This document shows positions 51,400 through 64,000 of a stretch of 64,000 bases of DNA, piece after piece. Source of the stretch: Camelus ferus (taxonomy: Eukaryota). Positions within the stretch are counted from its first letter, which is position 1. Each line of letters opens with the position of its first letter. The DNA lies in NCBI RefSeq assembly GCF_009834535.1, contig NC_045696.1:54252001-54316000 (forward strand). The letters run 5' to 3'. The position numbers were made by a program, and so were the translations under genes. Under the pieces are notes generated by a model that did no database searches, was not told where the DNA came from, and saw nothing but the letters and a program-made list of their open reading frames with translations.

Positions 51400-52192
51400 G
51401 ATCATACTCTGAACATTTCTTCCACGTTTGATTCCTGTTTGACATCATCTTCTCCTCTTACTCCTTCTCCACTTGCCTCTCATGGTGAGGTATACCAGAG
51501 TTCCTGGAGTCCTTACCTCTTTTTACCTTATGGGAGGGTCATCATTGGTAATGTTACTTGCTACCAGAGTTGCAACTCCTACCTATGTGCCAGTCCTGCC
51601 CTTTGAATCTGGTTTTCTCCATGTGCTATTAGAGTTATGTTTGTAAAAAACAATCTGATATGGCATCCCCTGCCTTAAGAGATTCATGGGTTGCCAGGGA
51701 ACTGGACACAGACAAGGATGCTCAGAATTCCCTGTCCTGCTAACCCTCTGCCATACAATTCAGTGACAGCATTTTTTTTTCCTTCTTTCATTTTTTTTTT
51801 CCTTTCGCATGACCTTTCCCTGCATTTGCACTTTGTCTTTGTGCCTTGTACTCTGCATTCTTTTTGCCTGGACTTTCCTCCTCCTACTCTTCACTCTTAG
51901 AAAAATCTTACAACATCCTTCAAAGCCCAGCTCTAATTTCATTTCTGAGATGGTGTCCCTGACCTATCTGAGTGGAATCAATTGCTCTCTCCCTTCTGCT
52001 TCTTTTTTTTTTTCCATGCAGTCATTATAGCATACATCACATTCTGCCAGAGTTAATTTTTGAGAGGTCTGATTCTCTAGCTAGATTGCTAGCTTCTTGA
52101 AGGTAACAGCTGCATCTTATTCATCTCTGAAGCCCATACGTTCGGCATAGTACTGGGCATGTAATAGGCTCTCAGAAATGTTTGCTGAATTA
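51400..52192 (+). mobile_element. L2 LINE, 3' portion
   Basis: Pyrimidine-rich body (tcctgccctt, tgcctgga, catccttcaaagcccagct) ending catagtactgggcatgtaataggctctcagaaatgtttgctgaat. Confidence 0.7.
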
Positions 52193-52257
52193 AACTTAAT
52201 TTAAATGATACATAATGAGGAAAATAATATTTCATATACAGAACTGACAAAACTCAC

Positions 52258-52380
52258 TTTGCAGACAACCGTCTAGAGTCATCGCTACTCTGAAAATCGG
52301 ATGCTTCAACAATGACAGTGCAAAAGGAAATAATTAGGTCTGCTGTATACACAAACTTAAGTTTTGTATTTCCAAAATGA
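52258..52380 (-). other. Candidate exon (123 nt, or 32 nt from an inner acceptor)
   Basis: Minus-strand donor AAA|GTGAGT; acceptors ctgtctcttttgaAG or gattttcAG; one open frame; product unrecognised. Confidence 0.25.
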
Positions 52381-55023
52381 CTTCAAAAGAGACAGATTTT
52401 GCACAGAACCGTTTGTATTGAGCAGGATGTTGCTTTCCCCCCAGTGAGCATGACAGGAAAAAAATGAAGCCCCCAGAGTGTTAATAATTTGTTCTTACGA
52501 AGGAATGTAGCTGGCAACCCCTGCGGCAACTTTTAGGTGGGCTACAGACACCCTGACATCATCTATAACCTCTGAGACTTGCTTGTCCCCAGGGATGTCA
52601 TTCCTGATATGTAGCTGTAGAGTGTTGCTTAGAAATCTGTAATACAGCCTGGCTTAGAGGTTTGCATGGAATACCTCTCTGAGTGACTAATGATCTCCAA
52701 AGCCATGATGCTTGCCACATCTGCCTTTCCCTGGGACCATGGGTTATTATACTTGCCAGTCTTCAGCCCCAATGAAAGAACTCTAGCCAGGTAGGTGAGA
52801 GGCTTTGAAATGTGATTATTTTAAACAATGTCTTTCTACTAATCATTAGCAAAGTACTAAAAAATGAATGCATGTGTAAAATCATATATAAATGCTGTAC
52901 AAATTATTATTTATTATGCAATTTTCTTTAGAACTCTGCCTTTTGTTTAATCTTGATTGTTGTGCCAAAGTTTGTACACTTATTCTTCTATTATCTCAGC
53001 TGGTACCATGTCCTACATTTTTTGCTTTGCATCTGTACTTAGGTTTTAAGACTAGCAAGAGTAGCCAGCTCTTCTATTCCCTAGCTGAGAGCTCTCTGAA
53101 AAGACCCAGTACTGCTCCATTTCATTGTCACCCCAGACATGATCAATTATATCACATTCATTTTTACCAAATCCTGATCAGAGGGAAAGAAGAACAAAGC
53201 CCTCCCTTTCAAGGTCATGAATAGAGAATGCAGAAAATCCAGGAATAGAACTCAGACCTCTGGGCGCCAATCTAGTGCTTTCACATACATTTTGAAAAGT
53301 GAAGAGAAGAAGAATAAAGACATATGTCAAGGCCAATGGGAGATGCCATGTCAAAGGGTGTGTGTGTGAAGGCAAGCAGATGAGAGCAGAAAATAGAGTT
53401 GATGAGGAAAGCCACAAAAGCAAGCCGATCTCAGGTTTACAGAGCCTTACAGGGCAATCTCGCCAGTCAGTCCACCAGTGGTACTTGAATGCTGAAGAAG
53501 GTGATTAAAGGAAATTCCAGGTGTGCAAAGAACTCAACTGGAAGACATAATAGATTTTAAATCCTAAAGTGAATTTGAAATCAGCCTTTTTTTTTTTCTT
53601 TTCTTTTCTCCTAAGCACAGAGGGAATCTGATTAAACGCACATCTTAGCTTGTAGCCCAGCCAGGAGTTCACAAGGCCCTGAGAAAACCTTCCGCCTGCC
53701 TCTCCCCAGGCCTCTGAGGGTCCCACGGGCTGCGCAGCTGACAGTAGAGGCTGCCGGAATATGAAGAGTGGTGCCAGGGACTGTCAGCATCGGCCCAGTC
53801 AGGGAGTCTTGTGTTCATTCACTGTCTCAGCTTAAGGGGCCTTTTGTGGGGAATGGTGATTCGCAGTGTGAATTTCAATAGGATCTTTAAATCTCTTGAA
53901 GGTATTTTTTCTGTCTAAGGAAATTTCCCACTGCCACTTGTAGACTGACAGCTCCACAGGTATATCTCTAACAGAGTGGTTACTCTCCTACAGTACCTAG
54001 GGGCTGGTTTCCTAAAGGTTTAGGGGGATACATGTATTTTTCAATTTTATTTTGATCACTCTTCTTTTCTAACTGGCATCAGCTTTAAATTAAAATGAAC
54101 CAGACTCTGGCACCATACAGAAATATTGTTTTTACAGGGCTTCTCAAAGTAGGATGTAGTTTAAAAAAGACCTAAATTTCTAGGGCTTGTGTTGCCATAG
54201 TAACCAGTTTAGACCCAATTTAAAGAATGGGGGCTGGAAGGAGAAAGAGACACCACCTAGACATGCCTTCCTCAACCATAAAACCTGTTGTGGTTTTAAG
54301 ATGTAGAACAAGGAGCAGATAGGTGACCGGGCAGACTCACACGTTGCCTTTCTGCCAAACAGGGGGCAGAGGTGAACTACACACGGGCCCAAAAGGGCTC
54401 CAGTGTGTCTCACAAAATTATCAAATATTAGAGTTTGGAACACAGAAGCAGAAAGAAGTTAAGTGACTAAGCCATCTAGTGAGGGTCCATCTGAGACAGG
54501 GATAAAACTATCTCGGCTCTCCAGCAAACAAGACAGCTGTGTTCCAAACATAATAGGAGCACTTGCTTCTTTCAGCAGCTGCAATTTCTTCGAGGAGATA
54601 CTGACCCAGTGGAATGGCAACGCCATTTAGAATAAAAAGTCAACAATAATAAACAAATATAAGGATTTTCAAGCATAATAAGCTCTCTCTGAAGAAGGAA
54701 GTAGAAACCGGAAGCTGAATCATTTGCTTAATTTTTCTTTCATCTTTATGGATATGCAATAGGAAAGGAGCAAAGTTCCACATCACTCTTTTCCATTCTC
54801 CTTGAGTTAGCTAACTATGGGCACTGAAGCTGATGAAAATGTCTCAGCTAATTAGATCTGTATGATAACTGTGAAAAAATCCCTTTGTATTCTCCCACCA
54901 AGCTGGAAGCTTCCCCCGCCCTGACCCCAATCCACAACAGGGATGTTGTTCTGATTCTCTGTAGCACCATCACCAGCTTACAGCCCCTCATGGGATTCTG
55001 TGCTTGAACTGCATGTCTAGTCC

Positions 55024-55311
55024 AGCACTCTCGAACAAAAATATATTGCCAGCACCCAATGAGAGCCACATATATAATTTTATATTTCCTAGTAACCACA
55101 CTAAAAAAAAGTTAAAATAAGTAAATTCAAGTTTCATAAACCAATTTTACTTAACCCAATACCTATATTATTTCAATATATAATCAGTGCAAAAAATATC
55201 AATGGGATAGTTTAAAGATTTCATACTAAGTCCTAGAAATCTGGTGTGCATTATCACACTGACAGTGCATCTCAGTTTAGACTAGTCACATTTCAAGTGC
55301 TCAGTAGCCAC
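55024..55311. mobile_element. hAT-Charlie DNA transposon (MER33-like)
   Basis: gagccacatatataattt...ctagtaaccacactaaaaaa...gaaatctggtgtg...catctcagtttagactagtcacatttcaagtgctcagtagccaca. Confidence 0.8.
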
Positions 55312-56280
55312 ACAAAGAGTAAGAAGACATGTTGTCTATGGCCTCGAGATGAAGAGAAGAAAAGGATGGACTTTCTCCCTCCCTAAGAGTGCCTCACCCA
55401 CCCATATACTTGTCTTCTCTCAACTTTGTACATGGATGACCCACTTCTGATCACAGCAGAAGATAATTTACCATGTCCTTAGTAGTTCCTGTTCATCCGA
55501 TTTTGTTCCTCTAAAGTATATACAACACAAAGCTAAACTTTCAATCTAGAGTACAATACACACATGGCTTTATTTCTTAAAGCCTGGGTCATTTACTTGT
55601 TTCTTTCACTTGCATAATCAGATAATTACCTTAGTTTCTACTCTAAATCTTCTCTGGAACAAGGTGAGGTATAAATAAATAATACCTTTATTTTTGTATC
55701 TCATTTTTTCCCTCACAGTCACAGCCTTAGTGTAAAAACTATCCACCCAGTGAAATATTTCCTCAGAATGTGGACCTGTTTTATTACAGGAAATTTTTTA
55801 GCCACCCTACCTTCTGACCTTTTGTTATTGAGTCATATATTAATAATATGAAAAGTTATAAGCAGAAAATTTGAATCCGTGGATAATGAACGCCTAGAGC
55901 ATCAGGCTTGGGCTCACATTCTGACTACCTTGGGCATAAGTGTGAGGGAGCAGTTTGTCTTCTGTGCTAATGCTTTTTTTTTCAATGCCCATTTCCTGTT
56001 TTCATTTCAGCCTCACATTTCAACACCTCCATCTAACTACCTAATCTGATAAGTCCACACCTGTTTATGTGTTAATGGAAAAAGTCTAGAAAAGTCCGTT
56101 TTGGGGCTCTTTCTTTCTAGGTGCCAAAAGATATTTTAACAGTGTTTGTTGTGGAGCCATGTTCTTCACCTCTGTGGTCTACAGAGGAGTGATATTAAAT
56201 GGAAGTTTTGGATCAAGAAAAGGGAAAGGTTCTATCAACATAGGTCAGAAATGGAAGCATTGGGGACAGTCTTGTGTGAG

Positions 56281-56314
56281 GTGTGTGTGTGTGTGTGTAT
56301 GTGTGTGTGTGTGT
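56281..56314. repeat. Interrupted (GT)n microsatellite
   Basis: Seen directly. Confidence 0.9.
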
Positions 56315-57424
56315 GGTGTGGTTTCACCCAATCTCCACCAGAACGTCAAATGGGACTAGTTTTATCACAAATTCTGAATCATCACATTTAATTCAGTTGC
56401 TAAGACCTGAGTAATTTATTTGCTTCATCTATCTTTAACCCAAACACAAAAAAACTAAATAAAAGGGAATATTTTGAAATCATGCATGAATAACCCCCAA
56501 TTTGTAAAACAATTCTCATAAATACCATCATGGGAGTTGTTTCTTTAGAATGTGGGTCTGATAAAATAGTTACCAACCTGGCACGAGTGGTTTTGTAAGA
56601 GCATGATTGATAACAACGGTTACTATCCATTGAGTTCCAACATACACAGGATATATTATCTCTTTTTGTCAAAACAATACTGCAAGGAGATTATTATCTC
56701 CATGTTCCAGATGAGAAAAAGTGACATTAAATGACTTACTTGAGGCTGTAGGACCAAAAATCGGCAAGATTAGTATTTGAGAAGAAACCTCCCAGGTCTG
56801 CTGTTTTATGTTTTGTCCACCAAACCAGGGGCTTTCATGGGGTTGTAGTTGTACTCATGGAATTCAATTCAACCCCCCATGTCACATCACCAAGTTACAA
56901 TGTTGAAAGACGTGTAAACTCTAAAGCCGATTGTATCATATTTATTCTACATTACACTGATTCTCACTTCTAGCTTAAGAGGTGGAAACCCTTTGGTGCA
57001 ATTCTGGCTGCACATAAGTCATAGAGAAGAAGGGGAAGGGAAGAAAGCAAATGTGGAATTACAGGAGAATAAAAAATGAGAACTTCCTCAGCTGTGATGG
57101 GAAGGAACCAGGCCACTGGGGCTACAGCTTTATGAACTAAGGGACGGTTCTTATTAAAGAGATCTTTGTAGGTAAATTAGCAATTAGTGAATCGGAAACT
57201 GCTTATATTTCCTACTGTAAAAATGTACCGAATGACTTGCCACAAGCTTGAACTCATTCTGCTTGTTCATTCTGATCAGTTCTCTGATTCAATAAAAACT
57301 GTAATTCAACTCAACAAAGTGTTCGCTATTCAGCCTAATTTGCTGCCATCACAGAATCTTTTCCTTAGGCCTGGGAAGGACTAGGAATTCTCTAGTTACA
57401 TAGTTATCAACCTGGCACGAGTAA

Positions 57425-57690
57425 AGGGTAACTAAACCTTTGTGTCTCCATTTCCTCATTGGTAAAATATGTATAATAGAATAAATCCATTGGTATCAAG
57501 AAGTTAAGTAATTAACATAAACAAAATACTTGGAACTGTTTCTGACACAGAAAAAATTTGCATCACCATCAATATTATTTTACAATGGAAAACTAAGCGC
57601 TGTATAGACCAAATGACTTACCTTTCCCACCTAAGAGCCCAGAATAGGTTCAGATTACCTCGCTCAAAATCTAGTGCTCTTTTCAGGATA
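57425..57690. mobile_element. Two adjacent MIR fragments in opposite orientations
   Basis: Sense core tttcctcattggtaaaat (about 57450); antisense core ttttacaatggaaaactaag (about 57580). Confidence 0.5.
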
Positions 57691-58731
57691 TTGGCTGACA
57701 TCCCTAACTGAAGTTAACGAATGTTTTCTTAGCCTGTTTCTACCTACTCAATCTATGTACTTAGCAGGATCTTTAAAACAACATTGCTGGGAGGCAGATT
57801 ATTTAACTAACTTAAGAAATTTAAGCTAGCATACTTTATATGTTTCATAATATTCTATGTTTTTTTTCACCCAACAGAATCATCAAGAGACCTGCACCAT
57901 GCAATAGAAATGATCATTGAAGACAGAAACCAGTACCTGCTGCATTTCTACCCACCTGCTTCCTCAAGCTACAAAAACTACAAAAGGGAAGGCTAATCCA
58001 CTGAACTGGTACGAGCAATCATTTATTTACCCACTGAAAGCAGAATATGGCATGGGGAATTGGGGACGAGTGAAATGAGGGTTGTCAGACCAACAGTGAC
58101 AAATGGGATACAACTGTTCTCCAAAATCTGGGAGCCAAGGGGTCTTCCCTGTTCCCCTCCCTCCATCCCCACTGCTTCCACCCAGCCTGCACACAGAGAA
58201 GATGGTTCACAGAGGAAAGCCCTGTGAATAAGCCCTGACAGCCATACATTCACAAACTGATGTCATTTCCCTAAATACTGTTTGTAAAATGGTAATTATC
58301 TGCCAAGCAATGACAGCTGGCACTTAGCATAGAGACAGACAGAAAAAGAGAGAATGAGAAGAAAGGTTCCCTAAGTAATTTACCAAAGGGCTGAGAGAGA
58401 GAAGAAAACATAATCAGAAAAATAAAATGATTACCAGTGTGTGATGGGGTAAAAATTGCTCTGGGCACTTTTTCCTCAGAGAACACAAGATTAGGTTGAA
58501 AGAATGAAGCCAGAGCTTCATGATGTGCACTTGAAGGGAGGAGGAGGCGGCCTTGAGGCTGTGGCAGAAAGGGTCCTGGTTATGATGGAACAGAATGCAA
58601 GCCCTATGCATGCCAGTCCACCAAACACAGAGCCCACCACTGCTGGGTAATACACCCAAGATCACTCCCCCAGTTCAGGGGACCCAAGAATAATGCAGTA
58701 GCCTCTTCTTGCCTCCTTCCCTGTTAATTAT

Positions 58732-59194
58732 TGTGGTAGTCAGTTTTTGTGTCAAGTTGGCTAGGCTGGAGTACACAATTATTCAATCCAACAGTTATCT
58801 AGGTGTTGCTGGGAAGGCATTTTGTAGATGTGCTCACCAGCTACCATCATTTAGTTTTATGAAGAGGAGATGATTCTGGATAATCTCAGTGGGATTCAGT
58901 TTAAGGCCTTAAGAACAGAACTGAGGTTTTCCTGAGGAGGAAGAAATTCTCTGTGGACTGTAGCATCAGCTCCTGAACAGAAGTTTCCAAATAGCCTTTC
59001 CCTTCCTGATGGCCTGCCCTACAGATTTTGGATTTGCCCCGACAGCGCTCATAATTGCATTATAATTCCTTGCAAGCAATCACTCTCTCCTCTCTCTCGC
59101 TCTCCCTCTCTGTCTCTGTCTCTCCCTTTACACATACACACACACACACACTCCCTACTAGATCTGGTTGCTCTAGTGGAACCCTGATTGATAG
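58732..59194 (+). mobile_element. ERVL solo LTR (MLT2-like) with internal (TC)n(AC)n tract
   Basis: TGtggtagtcagtttttgtgtcaagttggctaggct...gaactgaggttttcctga...gaagaaattct...ggaaccctgattgata. Confidence 0.88.
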
Positions 59195-59235
59195 GCTTAT
59201 CAAGTACATATGCAAATTGCTTAGCCAAGTGGGCA

Positions 59236-59661
59236 TGTTGCAAGTTGAATTGTGCCGCACTCCCCATTTCATACATTGAAATGCTAACACCCAACACCTC
59301 AAAATATGATCTCATTTGGAAACAGGGTCATCACAGACATAATTAGTTAAGATGAGGTCATTAGGGTGGGCCCTCATCTGACTGGTATCCTTATAAAAAG
59401 GGAATTTGGACACAGGCACCCACATAGCAGGAAGGCATGTAAAGATGGAGAGATCAGTGGTGATTTTACAAGCCAAGGGATGCCAAAGACTTCCAGCAAA
59501 CCACCAGGAGACAGGTGAGAGTCCTGGAACAGGTTCTCTCTGCGAGCCCTCAGATGGAAGCATCCCTGCTGACACGTTGACCTTGGACTTAAACAAGGTT
59601 GTGTTGTTTAAGCAACTTGTTGTGTTGTCCTTTCTAATAGCCGCCCTATAAAACGAATACA
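59236..59661 (+). mobile_element. MaLR solo LTR (MLT1C-like)
   Basis: TG...CA ends; caagccaagggatgccaaag...cagcaaaccacc motif; perfect 5-bp TSD GGGCA (59231-59235 / 59662-59666). Confidence 0.92.
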
Positions 59662-60399
59662 GGGCATTATCAAGAAAACCCAAGGGGACTGAATTGGAAA
59701 AAAGAGGACAAAGTTAATTCTAAGAATTTCGGAGAGCTCCATTTCCTTAATGTATTTGACATATAAACTAATCCCTTTTTACAATTAACTACTTTTCTGT
59801 CAATATCCACTCAGGAAGAGACTTGGTAATGAAACTACTAGTCACAGAGATTACAAATGTTCCAGAAATTTCTGAATGTAGTCTCTGTTCATTCCCAGGT
59901 TCTAGTCTCCTTCTGGATACCGGATGCTGTGGAACCACGCATGGCCATCCACCCCTCTGTGTGTGACCTTTGTGGAGTAAAGAAAGCTCTGCAACCACCC
60001 TCAGAGGAGAAGCCACCCACCACCCCTGGTGCCCTTGTCCCTTTTCTAGCAAGTGAAGTTAGCAGAGATCATATAAGAGGAAAGCAATAATTGTGTCCAA
60101 AGTTTACACTCTGGAAGACTAGAACCCAGGTCTTTTGACACTTTACCCAGTGATCTTTCCAAGGCATCATTTCTACCCATTTATTGAGTTAGCAGCTCAG
60201 ATAACTCCTTTTAAATTATCATAACATATCAGAAGAATTTAGAATGAGCATGTCTTATCTAAAATTTTCTCTAATACTCCAGAATATGGCTTTGGATAAA
60301 TCACTCATCCTGTTTAGATATGAGTTTTCTCATTTATAAAATAAAGGAAAAATATACTGGATAATCTACTTCTGACATTCCTCAGCAATAGAGTCAGCA

Positions 60400-60585
60400 T
60401 AATCTTAGTAGAAAGACCTGATTTGGGTCCAACTATTGTTATTTTCCATGTAACAGTGGCTAAGTTACTTAGCTTTATTGAACTTTGTTTCTTCATTTGT
60501 AAACTGGGAATTGGGGTGATACCTCTTTCAAAGGACCATTGTAAGGATGAGATGAGGTAACACATGTGGGAACATGTTATAAACT
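60400..60585 (+). mobile_element. MIR SINE
   Basis: aagttacttag...tttcttcatttgtaaactggg...ttgtaaggatgagatgag. Confidence 0.7.
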
Positions 60586-61593
60586 CTCAAGTGTTTGGAA
60601 GACGATAAAAGTAAGGGAGTCAGGGAACATTCTATAATCGTACAACCTCCTCTCCCATCCCACATTGTAGAGGGTAAGTGTTGCAGAATGTCCTATCAGG
60701 TTTCACCAGACTTTTTCAGAAAGTCATACTTTGTTTCAGTGTATCAACTTAATATGTTTTTACAAGCTTCAGAGTCTGGCCTAGCATAAAAATTAAGTAT
60801 ATCGAGAGCAGTTTTTCAGGACCTGGTAATTAATGGATAAATTTCAGTATCCCCATTATGTGCTCCTAAACACCTACCTCACTATTTTCATTACTTGCTT
60901 ATCTGGTTCCTTATCTACACCCTAAGCAATTCTAAAAACACACACCACGTTTTGGTCACCTCTATATTCTAATATCTATTTGCCTTTTGAATGGGTAAAT
61001 ATTTGAATAAATTGTGCAGTCTTGTTCACTTTCATCTTGACAATAACAACTTTAAATAAAAAGTTTAAGGTTAAAAAAAAGGTTGACTTATAGTATCATT
61101 TAAATGTGATACATATAGTAAACATTTTAAACAAGTCCATTATTAAAAACAATTGACTCTTACAAGTAAAATTACTTGAGCCCATGAACCATTACTTCCC
61201 ATTACTCTATTAATTTACATAATTCCCCCATGTCTAATACAACTTGCTGATTATAAAGTAATTTACAAACATGGACTTTCTAGGCTGTGAAGGCTTTTGA
61301 AATTACAAGGAAGAGACAGTTGTGCCAAATTGTATGTTGTAAAGTTACCACAGTTTGAAATAAAGATTTCAGAATGTATATAGTGTCATCAGAATAAGAT
61401 TACAAGTTTCATGAGCTCTGAGCAACTTAGGTTATTTAACACTGAGTTGATGACTTCACAGCCAAAGTGAGTTAAAACACTCCAGATTCAGAAAAAATAT
61501 ACTCATTAAATTTGCAGAGCAGGATCTCAAAATGTCCAGCGTGTTTGCCAAGGGGTGACACAAGAGGCTATTTCAAAGAACACTTGGAGTAGC

Positions 61594-62063
61594 CCTGGTT
61601 TTCTGAAATTTAGTCATTCTTTTCCACAATTTTTATCATATTCACATACCATCTGCACTATTATTTAAATAATATTTTGAAATACATACTTTTTTTAACT
61701 GAACTATATTTTAGATAGAAAATTGTCCTCTCATACATGGAAGATAAGTATAACTTGTTATAGATAAACAAACATGAAAATACTGCAAAAACAAAATAAT
61801 GGTATTATCATCTGCTTAGACTCTGTCGAATGCTCTGGGCCTAAGGCCTGTGCTGCATCTGTTGTTTTATTTATTAAAAGGATAAATTACAAGTGTTTAT
61901 CGAGGTGTTAAAGCCTTAGCACCAAACCAAGACCCCCTTGGTATAATCAAATAGTTAAAGAGATGTGAAAAGGGAAAAACTCTCTTTCACCATGTGACTC
62001 AGGGCTACTGTGACAGTACTCTTTCGTCTCAAATTACTTTACGTGCCACTTGGGGAAAAGCTG
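61594..62063. mobile_element. Possible old hAT-Charlie DNA transposon
   Basis: Ends loosely resemble Charlie termini (ctggttttctgaaattt ... gtgccacttggggaaaagctg) around an AT-rich body; TIR and TSD weak. Confidence 0.35.
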
Positions 62064-62074
62064 AAGTAATACAG

Positions 62075-62438
62075 TGAAATGGACTGAATGTTTACATCCC
62101 CTCAAAATTCCTGTGATGAAACGTCATGCCCAAGGCGGTGGGGAGGTGGGGCCTTTGGGAGGTGATTAGGTTGTGCGGGGGGAGATCTCACAAAGGAGAC
62201 TAGTGCCCTTGTAAAGAAGACCTCAGAGAGCTTCCTGACCCCTCCTGCCACCTGAGGACACAGCAAGGAAACGGCTATCTGTGAACCAGGTAGTGAGCCC
62301 ACACCAGACAGTGAATCTAATCTGCTGGTGCAGTGATCTTGGACTTCCAGTCTCCATGACAGTGAGAGATACATGTTTGCTGTTTAAGCCACCCAGTCTG
62401 TGGAATCTTTGTTATAGCCGCCCAAATGGACTAAGATA
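62075..62438 (+). mobile_element. MaLR solo LTR (MLT1A-like)
   Basis: ggactgaatgttt...ggggcctttgggaggtgattagg...tgaggacacagcaag...gtttaagccacccagtctgtgg...ggactaagata. Confidence 0.9.
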
Positions 62439-64000
62439 CTAAGTGTTTGGAATTTTCCTATGTTCAAACACATGTGCAATTACAATATTTACTAATTCTG
62501 TTCAATATACAGGATGTAAGCAGGATGGACAGGTTTTTTTTCATATTTGAAGACAAAGGCAGGATAATGATAAAGAATTTAGAAGAAGAAAGTCCTATCA
62601 GAGCAGAAAAATCTTACAGGCTATCTGTTTTAAAGGTGGGCAAACTGAGGCCTAAAAGTGTTTTGTCTTCTTGATGGTCACAAAGCTAACAAGTGACTGA
62701 AGCACAACTAGGACCCAACCCATTCTCAATGCTGGTCCAGTTGGCTGCACCAGGATGATCTTGTTTTATCCATTAATGATGGAAACAATTTCATATGATT
62801 TTTATGCCTCTATTATCTATGTAAGGTAGGAAAATTTGTAAAACAGAGGCCCTTTGGAAGAAACAAAAATTCAAACAAACCTCTAAAATCTTAAAACGCT
62901 GCATTGTACTAAGGGTCTTAGAAAAGACTTATAGGCAATGCTAACTTATCACCCTAGATAAGAAAATGATATATGTCCCACATTATTTTTTTTAATTCTC
63001 CTAATCCTCTTAATAAATGGCTGATAACTTGGACACAAATAAATCATAACACTGTAGTCATTTTTGGAAGAACACCTTTTTTAGAGTATTATGTGTCATC
63101 TGACTTATTGCACTAATATACTTCCCAAGGGTTATCTTTGTACATTTTATTAGTTTTTTTTCAAAACTTTATTAGATTTATTCACCAGATACATACTTCT
63201 GGTAGGATATTTGTCCTTATTTGAATTGCTTTATTCTGCAACTGTTTATCCTCCATGCTTTCATTTTTAAAAAGCAGTCTTATTTTTTTTTCCAGCTGTT
63301 CATCTTCTCAATTCTTCTCAGTCTTCTTCCTCAGCATCACTAGAGATCATTGCTTCAAGGACCTCTACCAGGGCGTTTCACTTCCTTACCAATCTCTAAT
63401 ATACTTTTGAGAAGAGGCATGAAAAGTCTTGGCATCCTGACTGGGGCATCACTGCTGGTCTATCTATGTAATTGACACCAGCCAGCACTGTGCCTTCTGC
63501 TGCCTCCTGTACTGGGGCTGGAACTGAGGACTTTTATGGTCTCTTACAGCCAAAAGGACTAGAAGCTGTAACACAGCTAACACAGAGGACTATGGAAATA
63601 TAAATGAGAGTCATCATTATTGACGGTGGTAAGTGGTCACGATTATCTCTTTATTCCTGGATATTTTCAAGCAAATGCTATTTTAGCTAACATTTTTTCT
63701 CCCTGAATCCAATGAAACTATAACATGATAAAGAGAATAAGCCTGTTTCTAGCAGTTCTAACTAAACAAATGTTGGTTTTCTATGTCCAATTAGATGGTT
63801 TATAGAGCATCATCCCCTCTTAATAAACTGGCTTTGTTTTTCTATTTTTTAATTAAATTTTATTTTACATTTGAATGAAGTAGGCTTACTATATGTCTAC
63901 AAATGCAATTGCATTCTCTCCTGTGAGAGTAGAATGTAAACAATTTAGCTTCTTCTCCTAAAAATCAAAGTTCTAGTTCAGTTGCAAACTATGATATATA

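Noticed and set aside
53736..53756. CTCF site in gacagtagaggctg
   Set aside because: The core is one base short of the CTCF consensus and mismatches the leading CC.
63283..63540. Exon or pseudogene fragment near the window end
   Set aside because: A + strand acceptor-like ttttccAG exists, but there is no clear donor and the frames examined are short and unrecognised.
1..64000. All six-frame ORFs as protein-coding genes
   Set aside because: The longest is 123 aa, many use non-ATG starts or overlap repeats and microsatellites, and none resembles a protein I recognise; this is the pattern expected in mammalian non-coding DNA.
1..64000. Known miRNA, snRNA or snoRNA genes, NUMT, ERV internal coding regions, CRISPR array or prokaryotic system
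   Set aside because: No recognised mature sequences, long hairpins, gag/pol/env-like frames or repeat-spacer arrays were seen by eye; Rfam, miRBase and BLAST searches would be needed to exclude them fully.

Overview
This is AT-rich mammalian non-coding genomic DNA, not prokaryotic. Three copies of a tRNA-derived SINE resembling camelid Vic-1, with no recognisable Alu, Bov-A/BovB, PRE-1 or CHR SINEs, point to a camelid (alpaca/camel); this is inferred from recall of repeat families, not from a search. No protein-coding gene, RNA gene or CRISPR array is supported, and the ORF track consists of short chance or repeat-derived frames. The window holds 5'-truncated young L1 3' ends (several with target-site duplications, one twin-primed inversion), solo LTRs (MLT1, MLT2, LTR33-like, ERV1-like, one nested inverted pair), old MIR, L2, L3 and hAT elements, microsatellites, and several repeat-free motif-rich blocks that look like conserved enhancers. 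L1s and LTRs lie almost all on the + strand, suggesting a long intron of an unidentified minus-strand gene. Consistent with that are two minus-strand exon candidates and a candidate recursive splice site. I found no convincing novel biological system; the findings are testable leads. Boundaries and subfamily names of old repeats are approximate and were assigned by eye.
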